Positions 7,705 to 17,186 of a stretch of 64,000 bases of DNA are shown piece after piece. A program made the translations under genes and the position numbers. Below the pieces are notes generated by a model, which did not search any database, was not told the origin of the DNA, and worked only from the letters and a program-made list of their open reading frames with translations. The stretch lies in assembly GCA_017435905.1 (NCBI GenBank), contig JAFSEB010000047.1, forward strand, positions 5,062 to 69,061. Direction: 5' to 3'. The DNA is from Clostridia bacterium (GTDB lineage Bacteria > Bacillota > Clostridia > Christensenellales > CAG-138). How positions within the stretch are numbered: the stretch's first letter is position 1; each line of letters starts with the position of its first letter.

Positions 7705-8568
7705 ATGGAAAGCAGCCTCCGTCCCAAAATTGCAATTTGCTACGACTTTGATAAAACGCTTTCCCCCGATGATATGCAGACCTTTACGCTCATCCCCTCT
7801 TTCGGGATCGATAAGGCTGTATTTTGGGATGCCTCCAACAAACTTGCGGTAGAAAACCGCATGGACAAAAACCTTGCCTGGATGTATGAACTGATCCGCT
7901 TCTCAAACTTTAACGACCGGTCCCTCCACCGGGATTATTTTCGGCAGGCAGGCGCAGATGTACCGCTTTACAGCGGCGTGACAGCGTGGTTTGATGCCGT
8001 AAACGCCTATGCCGGTCAATGCGGCATCGATGTGGAGCACTATATCATCTCCTCCGGGCTGAAGGAGATCATTGAGGGCAGCCCTATTGCCCATCACTTC
8101 GAAAGGATCTACGCCTCCTCCTACTATTACAATGCGGATGATGTGGCTGTATGGCCGGCACAGGCCATCAACTACACCAACAAAACGCAGTATATTTTCC
8201 GCATTGCAAAGGGCTTTCTTGAAGAATACGATGACCGTGTCAACGACAGCATGCCGGAGGGCGATCTTCGTATCCCCTACGAAAACATCGTCTATATCGG
8301 CGACAGCGAAACGGATATTCCCTGCATGCGCCTTGTTAAAAGCAAGGGCGGTTATTCCATCGGCGTCTTTGATCCCATCAAAAACAACCGCAGCCGTGTC
8401 CACCAGCTATTCAACGATGACAGGATCGATTTTTACGCACCTGCGGATTATACGGAAACCGGCGAGCTGTTCGGCTTCATGCGCAAGATCATTTGCGATG
8501 TCGCCGCAAAGGAACAGATCAAGGCGGAAAAAGAGCGGCTTTCCCTTCAGGCGAAAGGGTTGCTGTAA
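7705..8568 (+). CDS. HAD-superfamily hydrolase-like protein
   Basis: Motif I CYDFDKTL (DxDxT) and motif IV YIGDSETDIPCM. GAAAGGAG RBS. Confidence 0.7.
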   Translation: MESSLRPKIAICYDFDKTLSPDDMQTFTLIPSFGIDKAVFWDASNKLAVENRMDKNLAWMYELIRFSNFNDRSLHRDYFRQAGADVPLYSGVTAWFDAVNAYAGQCGIDVEHYIISSGLKEIIEGSPIAHHFERIYASSYYYNADDVAVWPAQAINYTNKTQYIFRIAKGFLEEYDDRVNDSMPEGDLRIPYENIVYIGDSETDIPCMRLVKSKGGYSIGVFDPIKNNRSRVHQLFNDDRIDFYAPADYTETGELFGFMRKIICDVAAKEQIKAEKERLSLQAKGLL

Positions 8569-8651
8569 AACACGGTCTATTTAAGCGCAATTTCAAAAGC
8601 CCCGGCAATAGCCGGGTATTCGTAAAACAGTAATATCTCAAAATACGGAGA

Positions 8652-8690
8652 AACGATGCTGAGTTAACTCAGGCATCGTTCCTTTTTATA
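8652..8690 (+). terminator. Rho-independent terminator after the exonuclease/HAD pair
   Basis: AACGATGCTGAG-TTAA-CTCAGGCATCGTT (one bulge), followed by CCTTTTTATATTTTT. Confidence 0.6.
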
Positions 8691-8768
8691 TTTTTCTGAA
8701 AAGTGTAACCTCACAACCCTAAACGGTGCTTATTAGGGTGAAGGCCTTTCAATACGGAAAGAAAGGAG

Positions 8769-9338
8769 ATGAAAGCCTTGGACGATAACAGAATCGTTGA
8801 ATTATATTTGCTGCGTGATGAAACAGCAATCAAGCAAACTACTGAAAATTATGGCAGCCGCTTGCGCTCGTTGGCGTATGGAATTGTCGGAGACCCGCAG
8901 ACAGCCGAAGAATGCGAAAACGATACTTACATGGAAGCGTGGAACACGATTCCACCCCATGAGCCAAGAAGCTATTTGTATGCGTTCCTCGCTCGGATCA
9001 CCCGTCACATTTCTTTGAACTGCTGCCGTGACCGCAGCCGATTGAAACGCAGCGCATTTATATGTGAACTCAGCGCAGAGATGGAGCAGTGTATTCCTGT
9101 CCCCGATGATGCCCAGTGCCGCATGGATGATATGGCGTTGAGCGATGCAATCAACGGATTTCTCAGTAAACTGGATGAGGAAAAAAGGAATATTTTTGTT
9201 CGCCGGTATTGGTATCTGGATTCCGTGGCTGCCATTTCCAAACGCTTTGCTTTATCTGAAAGCAAAGTGAAAACTACGCTCTTTCGTTGCCGTACCGGGC
9301 TTCGGGAGTATCTTGAAAAGGAGGGTTACACTTTATGA
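8769..9338 (+). CDS. RNA polymerase sigma-70 factor, ECF-type
   Basis: Region 2 (EDTYMEAW-like: ECENDTYMEAWNTIP) and region 4 HTH (VAAISKRFALSESKVKTTLFRCR). The start is ambiguous: the ATG at 8769 abuts GGAG, while TTG at 8778 has better spacing. Confidence 0.85.
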   Translation: MKALDDNRIVELYLLRDETAIKQTTENYGSRLRSLAYGIVGDPQTAEECENDTYMEAWNTIPPHEPRSYLYAFLARITRHISLNCCRDRSRLKRSAFICELSAEMEQCIPVPDDAQCRMDDMALSDAINGFLSKLDEEKRNIFVRRYWYLDSVAAISKRFALSESKVKTTLFRCRTGLREYLEKEGYTL

Positions 9339-10549
9339 GAGGAAATGAATTTTTAGATAAGATGGAGCTTATTGATCCTGCCTATGTTGAAGCGGCAGAC
9401 GCTACGCCGAAAAAGAAAAAAAGTGTTGGGGTTAAATGGGGAGCCGTTGCTGCCTGTTTTGCGTTGATGATTTTTGCAGGGACAAGGATTTTGCCACAAG
9501 ATGAGCCGGGACTAAACTCTGATCTGCCTATGCTATCGATTTCTGAAAACACAGCAGCAATGGGATATGAGGGATATATGGCTTATGATATTTCAGAACT
9601 TATAAATGCCAATCCTTGGAATGAAGATTCTGAGATATCCACACTGCCCGTTTATCAAAATTCTTTAACCTATGACGCAAACTTTATTGTATCGGGGGCG
9701 GATTTTGATAAGATGCAGGAGTTTATATTGGATGTTGCCGGGAGATTGGGACTTGATACAAATAACTTGACTATCACCGACAATGCGCCAGACGAAGAAT
9801 CTCAACAGAAGATAATTGAAAAGTTCCAAAGTGTAGGAGATGCTGTTCCATATGGATACTTTGACCCGACAAAATTGATCATTGACGCAGATGGAATAAA
9901 AATCGAAGTTGATCAATCTATGACAGCAAAAGTATCTTTCGATCCCGCAGTACAGCTTCCCGAAGAATATAACTTTACGCACTTTGCATCCTATGATGAT
10001 AAGATTGCCGTAGCTGAATATTTGAAAATCAAATACGAAGATTTTATCGGCATTGGTAACCCACAAGCGAATATATATGGCGGCGACTATAACATTTACA
10101 ATCAACAGATGTATTCCATCGAGTTTTTTAATGCAAACGGAAGCGAAATCGAGCAACTTATCAATTACAATTTCAATCGAGTGACTTTCGGTTGCGATGA
10201 TGAAGGCAAGCTGTTTATAGCAAGAGTATATCAGCCCGATTTGTCTGTCAAAATTGGAGATTATCCAATTATTAACTCGGAGCAGGCAAAAGAGTTGTTG
10301 TTAAATGGTAATTACATTACCACAGTTCCCTATGAAATTTCTAAAAAAAAGTTTATCAAAAAAGTGGAACTCATTTACCGTACAGGTGAACATGAAGGAT
10401 GTTTTATGCCTTACTACCGTTTCTATGTAGAACTGCCAGAAGATGAGCGGGAGAACGGACTGAAAACCTACGGAGCATATTATGTTCCTGCCGTGGAAAG
10501 TTCCTATATTTCCAATATGCCAGTATGGGACGGAAGTTTCAACAAGTAA
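9335..10549 (+). CDS. Putative anti-sigma factor / single-pass membrane protein
   Basis: ATGA overlap with the sigma gene. N-terminal cytoplasmic segment, a KKKK stretch, then a TM helix (WGAVAACFALMIFAG) and a ~330-aa extracytoplasmic domain. Confidence 0.6.
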   Translation: MRGNEFLDKMELIDPAYVEAADATPKKKKSVGVKWGAVAACFALMIFAGTRILPQDEPGLNSDLPMLSISENTAAMGYEGYMAYDISELINANPWNEDSEISTLPVYQNSLTYDANFIVSGADFDKMQEFILDVAGRLGLDTNNLTITDNAPDEESQQKIIEKFQSVGDAVPYGYFDPTKLIIDADGIKIEVDQSMTAKVSFDPAVQLPEEYNFTHFASYDDKIAVAEYLKIKYEDFIGIGNPQANIYGGDYNIYNQQMYSIEFFNANGSEIEQLINYNFNRVTFGCDDEGKLFIARVYQPDLSVKIGDYPIINSEQAKELLLNGNYITTVPYEISKKKFIKKVELIYRTGEHEGCFMPYYRFYVELPEDERENGLKTYGAYYVPAVESSYISNMPVWDGSFNK

Positions 10550-10630
10550 ACGAAACCGAAGAAATCCCTTTGGAACAAAGGGCGCACTTCTATACAGGGG
10601 CAAGCCCTGTATGTGCGCTCTGCGAGGCAG

Positions 10631-10663
10631 ACAGCCCGGACGATTGAAGTCCGGGCTGTTTTG
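10631..10663 (+). terminator. Rho-independent terminator downstream of the anti-sigma gene
   Basis: ACAGCCCGGAC-GATTGAA-GTCCGGGCTGT followed by TTT. Confidence 0.6.
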
Positions 10664-10847
10664 CGTCACTCCGTTCCGAACAAGGGGCTGCACCCCTTGC
10701 GCCGCTTTGCGGCTATCCCAAAGAGAAACCTCTGCACGAATAGCTTCGTACAGAGGTTTAACTGTTTTATGGACGCCGCCGATACTGCCGGGGTTTTTTC
10801 TATTTCACATGCTGTTTCACAGGGCTTATTTCCTTTGTGCCGCTGTT

Positions 10848-13800
10848 TTAATCACGGGTGACCACCAGCTTGTTGGCAGTGGTATGAAAGGTAAAGGTAT
10901 ACGTACCGCCTCTCGCCCTCAGCCTGCAGTTTTCCTGCACGGATGCTGACATTTCCCAGCCGCCGTTTCCGGTGGTATCGTGGATGGTGCCGCTATTGCC
11001 AAGCCAGATATCTTCGATCTTGATCTTGAATTCATGATCATCCGCAGGCAGGGCAACCTTCTTCACAACCGTGTTTTCCGCCTCACCGAAGCCCATGAAT
11101 TCTGCCTGATTCCAGCCATTGAAGCTGGCGGGCAGCACCACATCGGATTTCGGTTCGGGTTCTTCGGTGCTTTCCTTCTGCACCAGCACCATGGCGGAAA
11201 TACCGGCCACGCTGACGGCCCCTTCCGCCGTTCCGATCACTTCCGTGCCTGCCTTCGTGCCGTTTATGCAGATATCCCACTTGCCGGCAGGCAGGGTTAC
11301 GGTCTTTGCAGCAGTGTTGGCATTGAAAACGGTGTAGATGCTGCTCGCCGTTTCCCCTTCTGCCTTACTGCCATCGATCCAGAAGGAAACAAGCTTATCG
11401 GAAGCCTGCCGATTGAATACGGCAGCCCTCACTTCCTGTGCGGTGGAAAGCGAAAGTGCAGGATGCGCCTTACGGAAGGCGATCAGTCCCTTATAATACG
11501 CCGCATTGTCGGAATACAGCTTGTTTTCAAGGTTTCTCCACGCAAGGCAGTTAACTCCATCCGGTGCGTTATAGCTGTTTTCACAGCGGCCGCCGTTCTT
11601 CTCCGGCTTTTCACGAAGGAATTCTTCACCTGCATGGATGAACGGGATGCCCTGCGCAGTTAGATAAATGGCTGCGGCAAGGTTATTCATCTTCACGATA
11701 TCGGCATCAAGCCCGGCTTTTCCGGTAGAGATGATCAGCTTATCCGCCAGCGTATAGTTATCGTGGCAGGAAGCATACTGCACCACCTGTGTGGGGTCGG
11801 AAGTCCACCAGGGATTCGCCATCCAGTTGATTGCAAGATCCCCTTCCCCACCGCTGCCGGAAACAAAGCCGAGGGATTTACCGTTGTTGCCGCCAAGCAG
11901 GTTGCGCATATTATCGGAAAAGTAGGCAAAGCCTTTCGTTTTGGAGGCATTGCCCTGCTTTGCCATTTCGGTGCCGGGTCTCTTGTTGGTACCGTCCATA
12001 TCCCAGCCCTCGCCGTAGAAGATCACGTCGGGGCGGAACTTGTGTACTTCTTCCACGATCTTGTTGATGGTGCCGATGTCGATCAACCCCACAAGGTCAA
12101 AGCGGAAGCCGTCAATGTGGTATTCTTTCGTCCAGTAAAGAACGGAATCCACAATATACTTGCTGACCATCTCCCTTTCGGAAGCGGTGTCGTTGCCGCA
12201 GCCGGAGGTATTGGAATCCACACGGGAAAAGTAGCCCGGAACGATCCTGTTGAAAGAGAAGGTATCCGCATCGTAAACATGGTTGTACACCACGTCCATT
12301 ACAACGCTGATGCCGTTACGGTGCAGGGCGCTGACCATCTTCTTCATTTCGCTGACACGCACCTCTCCCTTATAGGGATCGGTGGAATAGGAACCTTCGG
12401 GAACATTGTAGTTCAGCGGATCATAACCCCAGTTGAAGTTTTCACATTTGGTCTCATCCACGGAAGCATAATCGTAAACGGGCAGCAGATGCAGATGAGT
12501 GATGCCAAGGTATTTTATATGGTCAAGCCCGGTGGGAGTCTTTCCATCGGCAGAGGTGGTACCTTCCTCCGTAAGTGCCATGAACTTACCACGCCACTCA
12601 CTCTTCACACCGGAGCTTTCATCGATAGAGAAGTCACGCACATGCAGCTCATAAATGACAGCATCTGTATAGGAAGCAATGGGATTCGGGTTCACATCGA
12701 AAGCCCAGCCCTCCGGATCGGTGGAAGCAGGATCGATGACCATGCCGCGCATACCGTTCACACCGGCGGTACGGGCATAGGGATCGATGGTCTCAACGGT
12801 CTCGCCGTTCACAAGCACTTCGTAAGTATAATAGATGCCGGAAAGGTCGCCATCCACAGTAACCGTCCATTCGCCCTTATTGCCGCTGTTGCCGTTCCCC
12901 ATAGCGAATGACCTGATCAGGTCATTCGTGCCTGCGGTACCGCTTTGATACAGCTTCACGCTGACACTTTCCGCCGTAGGCGCCCACACTTTGAAGGTGG
13001 TGAAGTCTTCGCTCCACTCTGCACCGAGATCGTTGTCGGTATAGGTAAATTCTGCCGCAAACCGATCGGAAGCATAGACAGCACTCATGCCGATATCATA
13101 CAGGGTATCTTTGAAGCTGTCCTGCTCATGAAAGAGGACCTTGTAGCGGTAAAGTGTTTTGAGATCCATCTTCTCGCTGAGCTTGAAAACGTATTTCCTA
13201 CCGAAGGAGGAATCATCCGCCGTCATGGTGATGGGATCGTTCGCATCCTTGGTATTGACGATGGTAAAGGCAGTAGAAGGATCGGTAACGGCAGCGCTTG
13301 TCTCAACGCTAACGGTGTTGTTGTCATAATCGTATTCCACGGAAGCGATCTTATTGGCATAGACCACATCATCGGAAAGCATGATGACAGCGGAAGCATT
13401 GCCTGCCGCTGCATACACATCGATGGTGCCGGAAACGATGGTGGAAAGATCAACGGTGACTTGCGCCTCTTCCGCAGCCCAAAGGTTTGCACCAACACTC
13501 TTGCGGAATTTGAAATTCAGGCCCTGTGTGGCACGTCCTGCAAGGGCGATTTTCGACGTTGCTTCACCGCCGTCTGCAGTAAGGTCGTACTGCTTTGTCA
13601 TCTTGGAATTCCAGGCATAGATATTCCAGTTTTCATAGTTCTTATCTGCCCGGTCATAGTGCACATTGACGGTAACGGTATTGGTATCCTTGGAGGGATC
13701 GCAGAGCAAAAAGGGGCCTCTGTTATCCACTGCCCGGCTGTTCAGGGGGTCGGTGACCCACTGATCGCCGATTTTGAACTTATATTGATGGATGCCGCCT

Positions 13801-13850
13801 TTTGTCTTGTTCACGAAGATACTCCGGATTTCATAAGAATTCTTTGCCAT
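10848..13850 (-). CDS. pulA: Type I pullulanase (GH13) with N- and C-terminal carbohydrate-binding modules
   Basis: Signature NWGYDPLNY; GH13 regions GFRFDLVG, YGEGWD, ASCHDN. Start chosen at MAKNSY (AGGTGG RBS 7 nt upstream); the ORF is open to 13994. No signal peptide is visible. Confidence 0.9.
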   Translation of the reverse strand: MAKNSYEIRSIFVNKTKGGIHQYKFKIGDQWVTDPLNSRAVDNRGPFLLCDPSKDTNTVTVNVHYDRADKNYENWNIYAWNSKMTKQYDLTADGGEATSKIALAGRATQGLNFKFRKSVGANLWAAEEAQVTVDLSTIVSGTIDVYAAAGNASAVIMLSDDVVYANKIASVEYDYDNNTVSVETSAAVTDPSTAFTIVNTKDANDPITMTADDSSFGRKYVFKLSEKMDLKTLYRYKVLFHEQDSFKDTLYDIGMSAVYASDRFAAEFTYTDNDLGAEWSEDFTTFKVWAPTAESVSVKLYQSGTAGTNDLIRSFAMGNGNSGNKGEWTVTVDGDLSGIYYTYEVLVNGETVETIDPYARTAGVNGMRGMVIDPASTDPEGWAFDVNPNPIASYTDAVIYELHVRDFSIDESSGVKSEWRGKFMALTEEGTTSADGKTPTGLDHIKYLGITHLHLLPVYDYASVDETKCENFNWGYDPLNYNVPEGSYSTDPYKGEVRVSEMKKMVSALHRNGISVVMDVVYNHVYDADTFSFNRIVPGYFSRVDSNTSGCGNDTASEREMVSKYIVDSVLYWTKEYHIDGFRFDLVGLIDIGTINKIVEEVHKFRPDVIFYGEGWDMDGTNKRPGTEMAKQGNASKTKGFAYFSDNMRNLLGGNNGKSLGFVSGSGGEGDLAINWMANPWWTSDPTQVVQYASCHDNYTLADKLIISTGKAGLDADIVKMNNLAAAIYLTAQGIPFIHAGEEFLREKPEKNGGRCENSYNAPDGVNCLAWRNLENKLYSDNAAYYKGLIAFRKAHPALSLSTAQEVRAAVFNRQASDKLVSFWIDGSKAEGETASSIYTVFNANTAAKTVTLPAGKWDICINGTKAGTEVIGTAEGAVSVAGISAMVLVQKESTEEPEPKSDVVLPASFNGWNQAEFMGFGEAENTVVKKVALPADDHEFKIKIEDIWLGNSGTIHDTTGNGGWEMSASVQENCRLRARGGTYTFTFHTTANKLVVTRD

Positions 13851-14202
13851 GGTATGCCCACCTGTCAGATCATTCATGGAATTCATTACTGCAGCGCTCC
13901 CTGCCTTTGTATCATTATGTGCAAAGGTAACGGAAGGCCGCTGTTGCTTCATAGGCTGCCTTGCTGCCGGATCATGATCCGCCGGAAGGCACACTGCCGC
14001 CGCTCAACACATATCGGCTCACAATGCCCCGCCAGGCGTGTCGGCAAAGCGGAAGGGCTTTTATAGATGATGTTGGTGTTGCCGCCGGAAAGAGCGAATA
14101 CTCGAATTTGATGCACTTATTTTGCCCATCTTGATGCGTGTCATGCGCATCGCCGTCCATGTCATGACGCCCTTTCGGCACGATCATTATGATAACGTTT
14201 TC

Positions 14203-14231
14203 ATTATAGATGAATCGGGCTTTTTCTGCAA
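14203..14231 (-). promoter_or_regulatory. Putative promoter far upstream of the pullulanase gene
   Basis: The minus strand reads TTGCAG-17 nt-TATAAT. This would give a ~340-nt 5' leader. Confidence 0.4.
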
Positions 14232-14339
14232 CAGGTCATACATATGAAAAACGTCAAAGCCAACATTTTCGTATAGACCTCCACTGTTTTATCTGCGGTA
14301 TTTTTGCATCGGAACACTTTCTGAAATAAAGCGCCGGAA

Positions 14340-14378
14340 AGAAAAAGCGGTGTAGTTTCAAGGAGTACTACACCGCTT
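14340..14378 (-). terminator. Rho-independent terminator of the Sel1-repeat gene
   Basis: AAGCGGTGTAGT / ACTACACCGCTT 12-bp stem. On the minus strand it is followed by TTTTTCTTTCC. Confidence 0.7.
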
Positions 14379-14389
14379 CATTCTTTCTT

Positions 14390-16282
14390 TTATTTCATTT
14401 GTGCAAGGAGGTTTTCCGCATAGGCCTTTGCCTCTTCATCATCACCCCGCATCGCATCCTTGAAAAACGCAATTGCCGTATCCTCATCGGGTTCTTCCAT
14501 CATCCACCCGTTCAGGTAAAACTCGCCAAGACGTGCCATGGCCATGGGGTTGCCCTCTTCAACCGCTTTTTCAAAGCACTGCATTGCCCCTTCGGCATCC
14601 ATGTAATCATCCTCTTCCATCTCGATGATGCCGAGAAGGCACTCTGCCTTACCATACAGTTCGCCATCATAGGTCGGGAAGTTGCGCAGGATCTCCCATG
14701 CTTCGCCTGCATTGCGCTCCGTGCCGATCCCTTTCAAATGCATATAGGCAAGCTCATACAAAGCATAGTTCTCGCCCTTTTCAGCTGCAAGGGACAACAG
14801 GCGGAAGGCGGTTTTGATATCCTCATCTGTAGCGGCCAAAAGATCGCGGAGCGTCAGCGCAAAATCCGTAAGGACAAAGGGATCGTCGTCAAGTTCTGCC
14901 GCTTTCTCATACCAGTAAGCGGCTTTGGGAATATCCTGATCCCGGCGGCCGCCGTACCGCTTTCCGGATGCGTATATGCCGGCAAGGCGATGTGCGCCCG
15001 AGCTGCAGCCGAGTTCTGCCGTTTTTTCAAACAGCTGCACCGCTTTTTCCGGGTCATAAAGACTGAGTTCAGTATTATCATAGATCTTGCCTGCCGAAAA
15101 AGCGCATTCGCCGTCACCAAGCTCCGCACCTTTAAGGAAAAACTCCAGCGCTTTGACCTGATCTGCCTCTCCGCTGCCCTGCTCAAGGCACCGTTTCCCC
15201 TGTTTGCGCAGCGATTCGATCTCATGTTTCAAAGCGTTTTTCTTTTCATCTTCACGGCGTGCTCTTTCCAGCTCAGCCAGCCACCGCGCCGCACCCTTAT
15301 GCCCCTTTTCCGCAGCCAGACGGCATATCTCCTCCGCCTTCTTCATTCCCACGGCGCCGCCGATCGTGTTTTTAAAGTCCATGGCATGTCTGAACAAGGC
15401 TTCCGTATAACCCTTGTCGAGAGAAAGTTCAAAATACTTCTCGGCAAGCTTTGCATCCTTCTCTTTTGCCCAGTATTCGCTCATGATGTACAGCGCCTCG
15501 CCGGTGGGTTCTTCCATCGCAATGCGCGACAGAATAGCGGCTGCCCCGTCCTTGTCGCTTTCGGTGCCAAAGCCGTAATAGCGCATTTTGGCTTCCATGA
15601 ATTCCGCTTCGCTGTCCGCATCGACAGCTTTTTTGAAATAAGGATAGCTTTCGTTGTACCGACGAAGCGCATAATAGTATTTGCCAAGACGCATCATGGC
15701 AGGCACGCTGTCCGCCTTTGCCGCATCACGGTAATACTGCAGCGCTCTTTCCATATTCTTTTCGCAGGGACCCCCATTTTCATAGTATTCGCCGCAGGCA
15801 AACATGGCATCCTCATTTCCGAATTCGGCCGCACGAAGGTAATAGCCAAGCGCCTTGGCATCATCTTTTTGCGTGCCAAGTCCTTCTTTATACATATAGG
15901 CGCAGAAAGTCAGAACGTCCCTGCTGCCCCGTTCCGCAAGGGATACAAGCCGAGGCAGCGCCTTTTCATACTCCTTGCGGTGATAGAGAATCTTTGCATC
16001 GCTGACTTCCTTTTGCAGCCGCAGCTCCGGCAGGTTATTGATTGCGCCCGCATGGCCCTGTGCAGCGGCTTTTTCCCACCACATGATGGCTTTGTCATAA
16101 TCCGTTCTGACACCCTGACCTTTGAGGTAAATTACGCCGCAGTTGAACTGAGCCGCCTTGTCGCCAAGGTTTCCCGCTTCTATCCAGGCCTCCAGTGCCT
16201 TTTCATATTTTTTTGCATTGTAAAGACCCATACCCTTTTCAAACAGCTGGTTCGGATCTTTTTTTCTGCTGAAAAGTCCCAT
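14390..16282 (-). CDS. Sel1-like (TPR-type) repeat protein, 630 aa
   Basis: Many ~36-aa repeats of the Sel1 pattern (A..W..KAAEQG...A...LG..Y..G.G). AAAGGAG RBS. No signal peptide. Confidence 0.8.
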   Translation of the reverse strand: MGLFSRKKDPNQLFEKGMGLYNAKKYEKALEAWIEAGNLGDKAAQFNCGVIYLKGQGVRTDYDKAIMWWEKAAAQGHAGAINNLPELRLQKEVSDAKILYHRKEYEKALPRLVSLAERGSRDVLTFCAYMYKEGLGTQKDDAKALGYYLRAAEFGNEDAMFACGEYYENGGPCEKNMERALQYYRDAAKADSVPAMMRLGKYYYALRRYNESYPYFKKAVDADSEAEFMEAKMRYYGFGTESDKDGAAAILSRIAMEEPTGEALYIMSEYWAKEKDAKLAEKYFELSLDKGYTEALFRHAMDFKNTIGGAVGMKKAEEICRLAAEKGHKGAARWLAELERARREDEKKNALKHEIESLRKQGKRCLEQGSGEADQVKALEFFLKGAELGDGECAFSAGKIYDNTELSLYDPEKAVQLFEKTAELGCSSGAHRLAGIYASGKRYGGRRDQDIPKAAYWYEKAAELDDDPFVLTDFALTLRDLLAATDEDIKTAFRLLSLAAEKGENYALYELAYMHLKGIGTERNAGEAWEILRNFPTYDGELYGKAECLLGIIEMEEDDYMDAEGAMQCFEKAVEEGNPMAMARLGEFYLNGWMMEEPDEDTAIAFFKDAMRGDDEEAKAYAENLLAQMK

Positions 16283-16355
16283 ACGAATTTGCTCCTTTTA
16301 CGATATGAAAATGATAAAAAGCCAACATTATATTAGCAAAAAGCCCGACAAGCTG

Positions 16356-17087
16356 TCAATCAAGAGGTTCCTGCTCCGCTTCCCGTTCAACATAGTAAGC
16401 TTCCCCCGTTTCGATGCAGTAAGCCGCAAGGCAGCCGCCGAAAACACAGCCGCAATCGATGGCGATATGTCCGTTTTCCGCATATATGAGCGGTTTTCCG
16501 TCACGGCGGATCATCGGTGTGGGCGTATGCCCCGTAACAAGAAAGATCCTGCTGCCCGGGAAATAGTTTTTGCCGTAATCGGGGCGCTCCCAAATGAGTT
16601 CTTCCGCCTCGTAATCGGAAAGCTCACGCTTCGCATCAAAGTTTGAAAGCCCTGCATGCACAAGTACATAGAGGGATCCACCATGTTCCACCGTTTCATA
16701 CAGGGACGCTTCCGCAAGATAAAACAGAATATCCTGCTGCACAGGGCGCGGCAGCTTCCGAAACTGCTCAAAGGTATTCGCACCGTGTTTTTCTATCCAC
16801 ACACGGAATGCAAGCAACACATCCGCATCGAGGGATGCAACGCTTTCCTCCGTGATCTCTTCCATCAGCGGTTTAAGCGCACCGAGCATCATAGCATCGT
16901 GATTGCCAAGGATGTAAATGACGTTTTGGCGTTCCATCAGATCCTGTATGACACGGATAGGTTCCTCTCCCCGATCCATCGCATCACCGAGCACAAAAAG
17001 GGTATCCTCTTCCCGAAGAGCGAGCTTCTCCATCAGCTGCATGTATTCCCGAAAGCAGCCGTGGATATCCGCCATTACATAGTTCAT
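16356..17087 (-). CDS. Metallophosphoesterase (PPP-family Ser/Thr phosphatase / ApaH-like)
   Basis: Motifs ADIHGC, GDAMDRG, GNHD, VHAG, GHTP. GGGAGGG RBS before MNYVMADIHG. Confidence 0.85.
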   Translation of the reverse strand: MNYVMADIHGCFREYMQLMEKLALREEDTLFVLGDAMDRGEEPIRVIQDLMERQNVIYILGNHDAMMLGALKPLMEEITEESVASLDADVLLAFRVWIEKHGANTFEQFRKLPRPVQQDILFYLAEASLYETVEHGGSLYVLVHAGLSNFDAKRELSDYEAEELIWERPDYGKNYFPGSRIFLVTGHTPTPMIRRDGKPLIYAENGHIAIDCGCVFGGCLAAYCIETGEAYYVEREAEQEPLD

Positions 17088-17186
17088 ACGAATCCCTCCC
17101 TTGACAAAGAATGAGACAGCAGCTTCCATAAACGGGAGGCTGCTGCCTATCTGTATTCTTCATATTCCGTGTTTTTCCTGCTTGAT

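Noticed and set aside
8700-8730. ECF-type promoter-like motif (TGTAACC ... CGGT) upstream of the sigma factor gene
   Set aside because: The spacing between the AAC and CGT elements (~14 nt) is shorter than the usual 16-17 nt, and the match is weak. It is not reported as a feature.
13972-14187. 71-aa minus-strand ORF, and the 48-codon upstream extension of the pullulanase ORF, as candidates for a missing signal peptide
   Set aside because: Neither translation contains a hydrophobic h-region or a lipobox, and neither has an RBS. The region is kept only as a possible decayed or regulatory leader in the findings.
14399-16336. 645-aa ORF on the plus strand, opposite the Sel1-repeat gene
   Set aside because: It is a shadow ORF typical of GC-rich DNA. 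The translation is low-complexity (F/R/L/I-rich) with no motif or RBS, while the minus-strand frame gives textbook Sel1 repeats.
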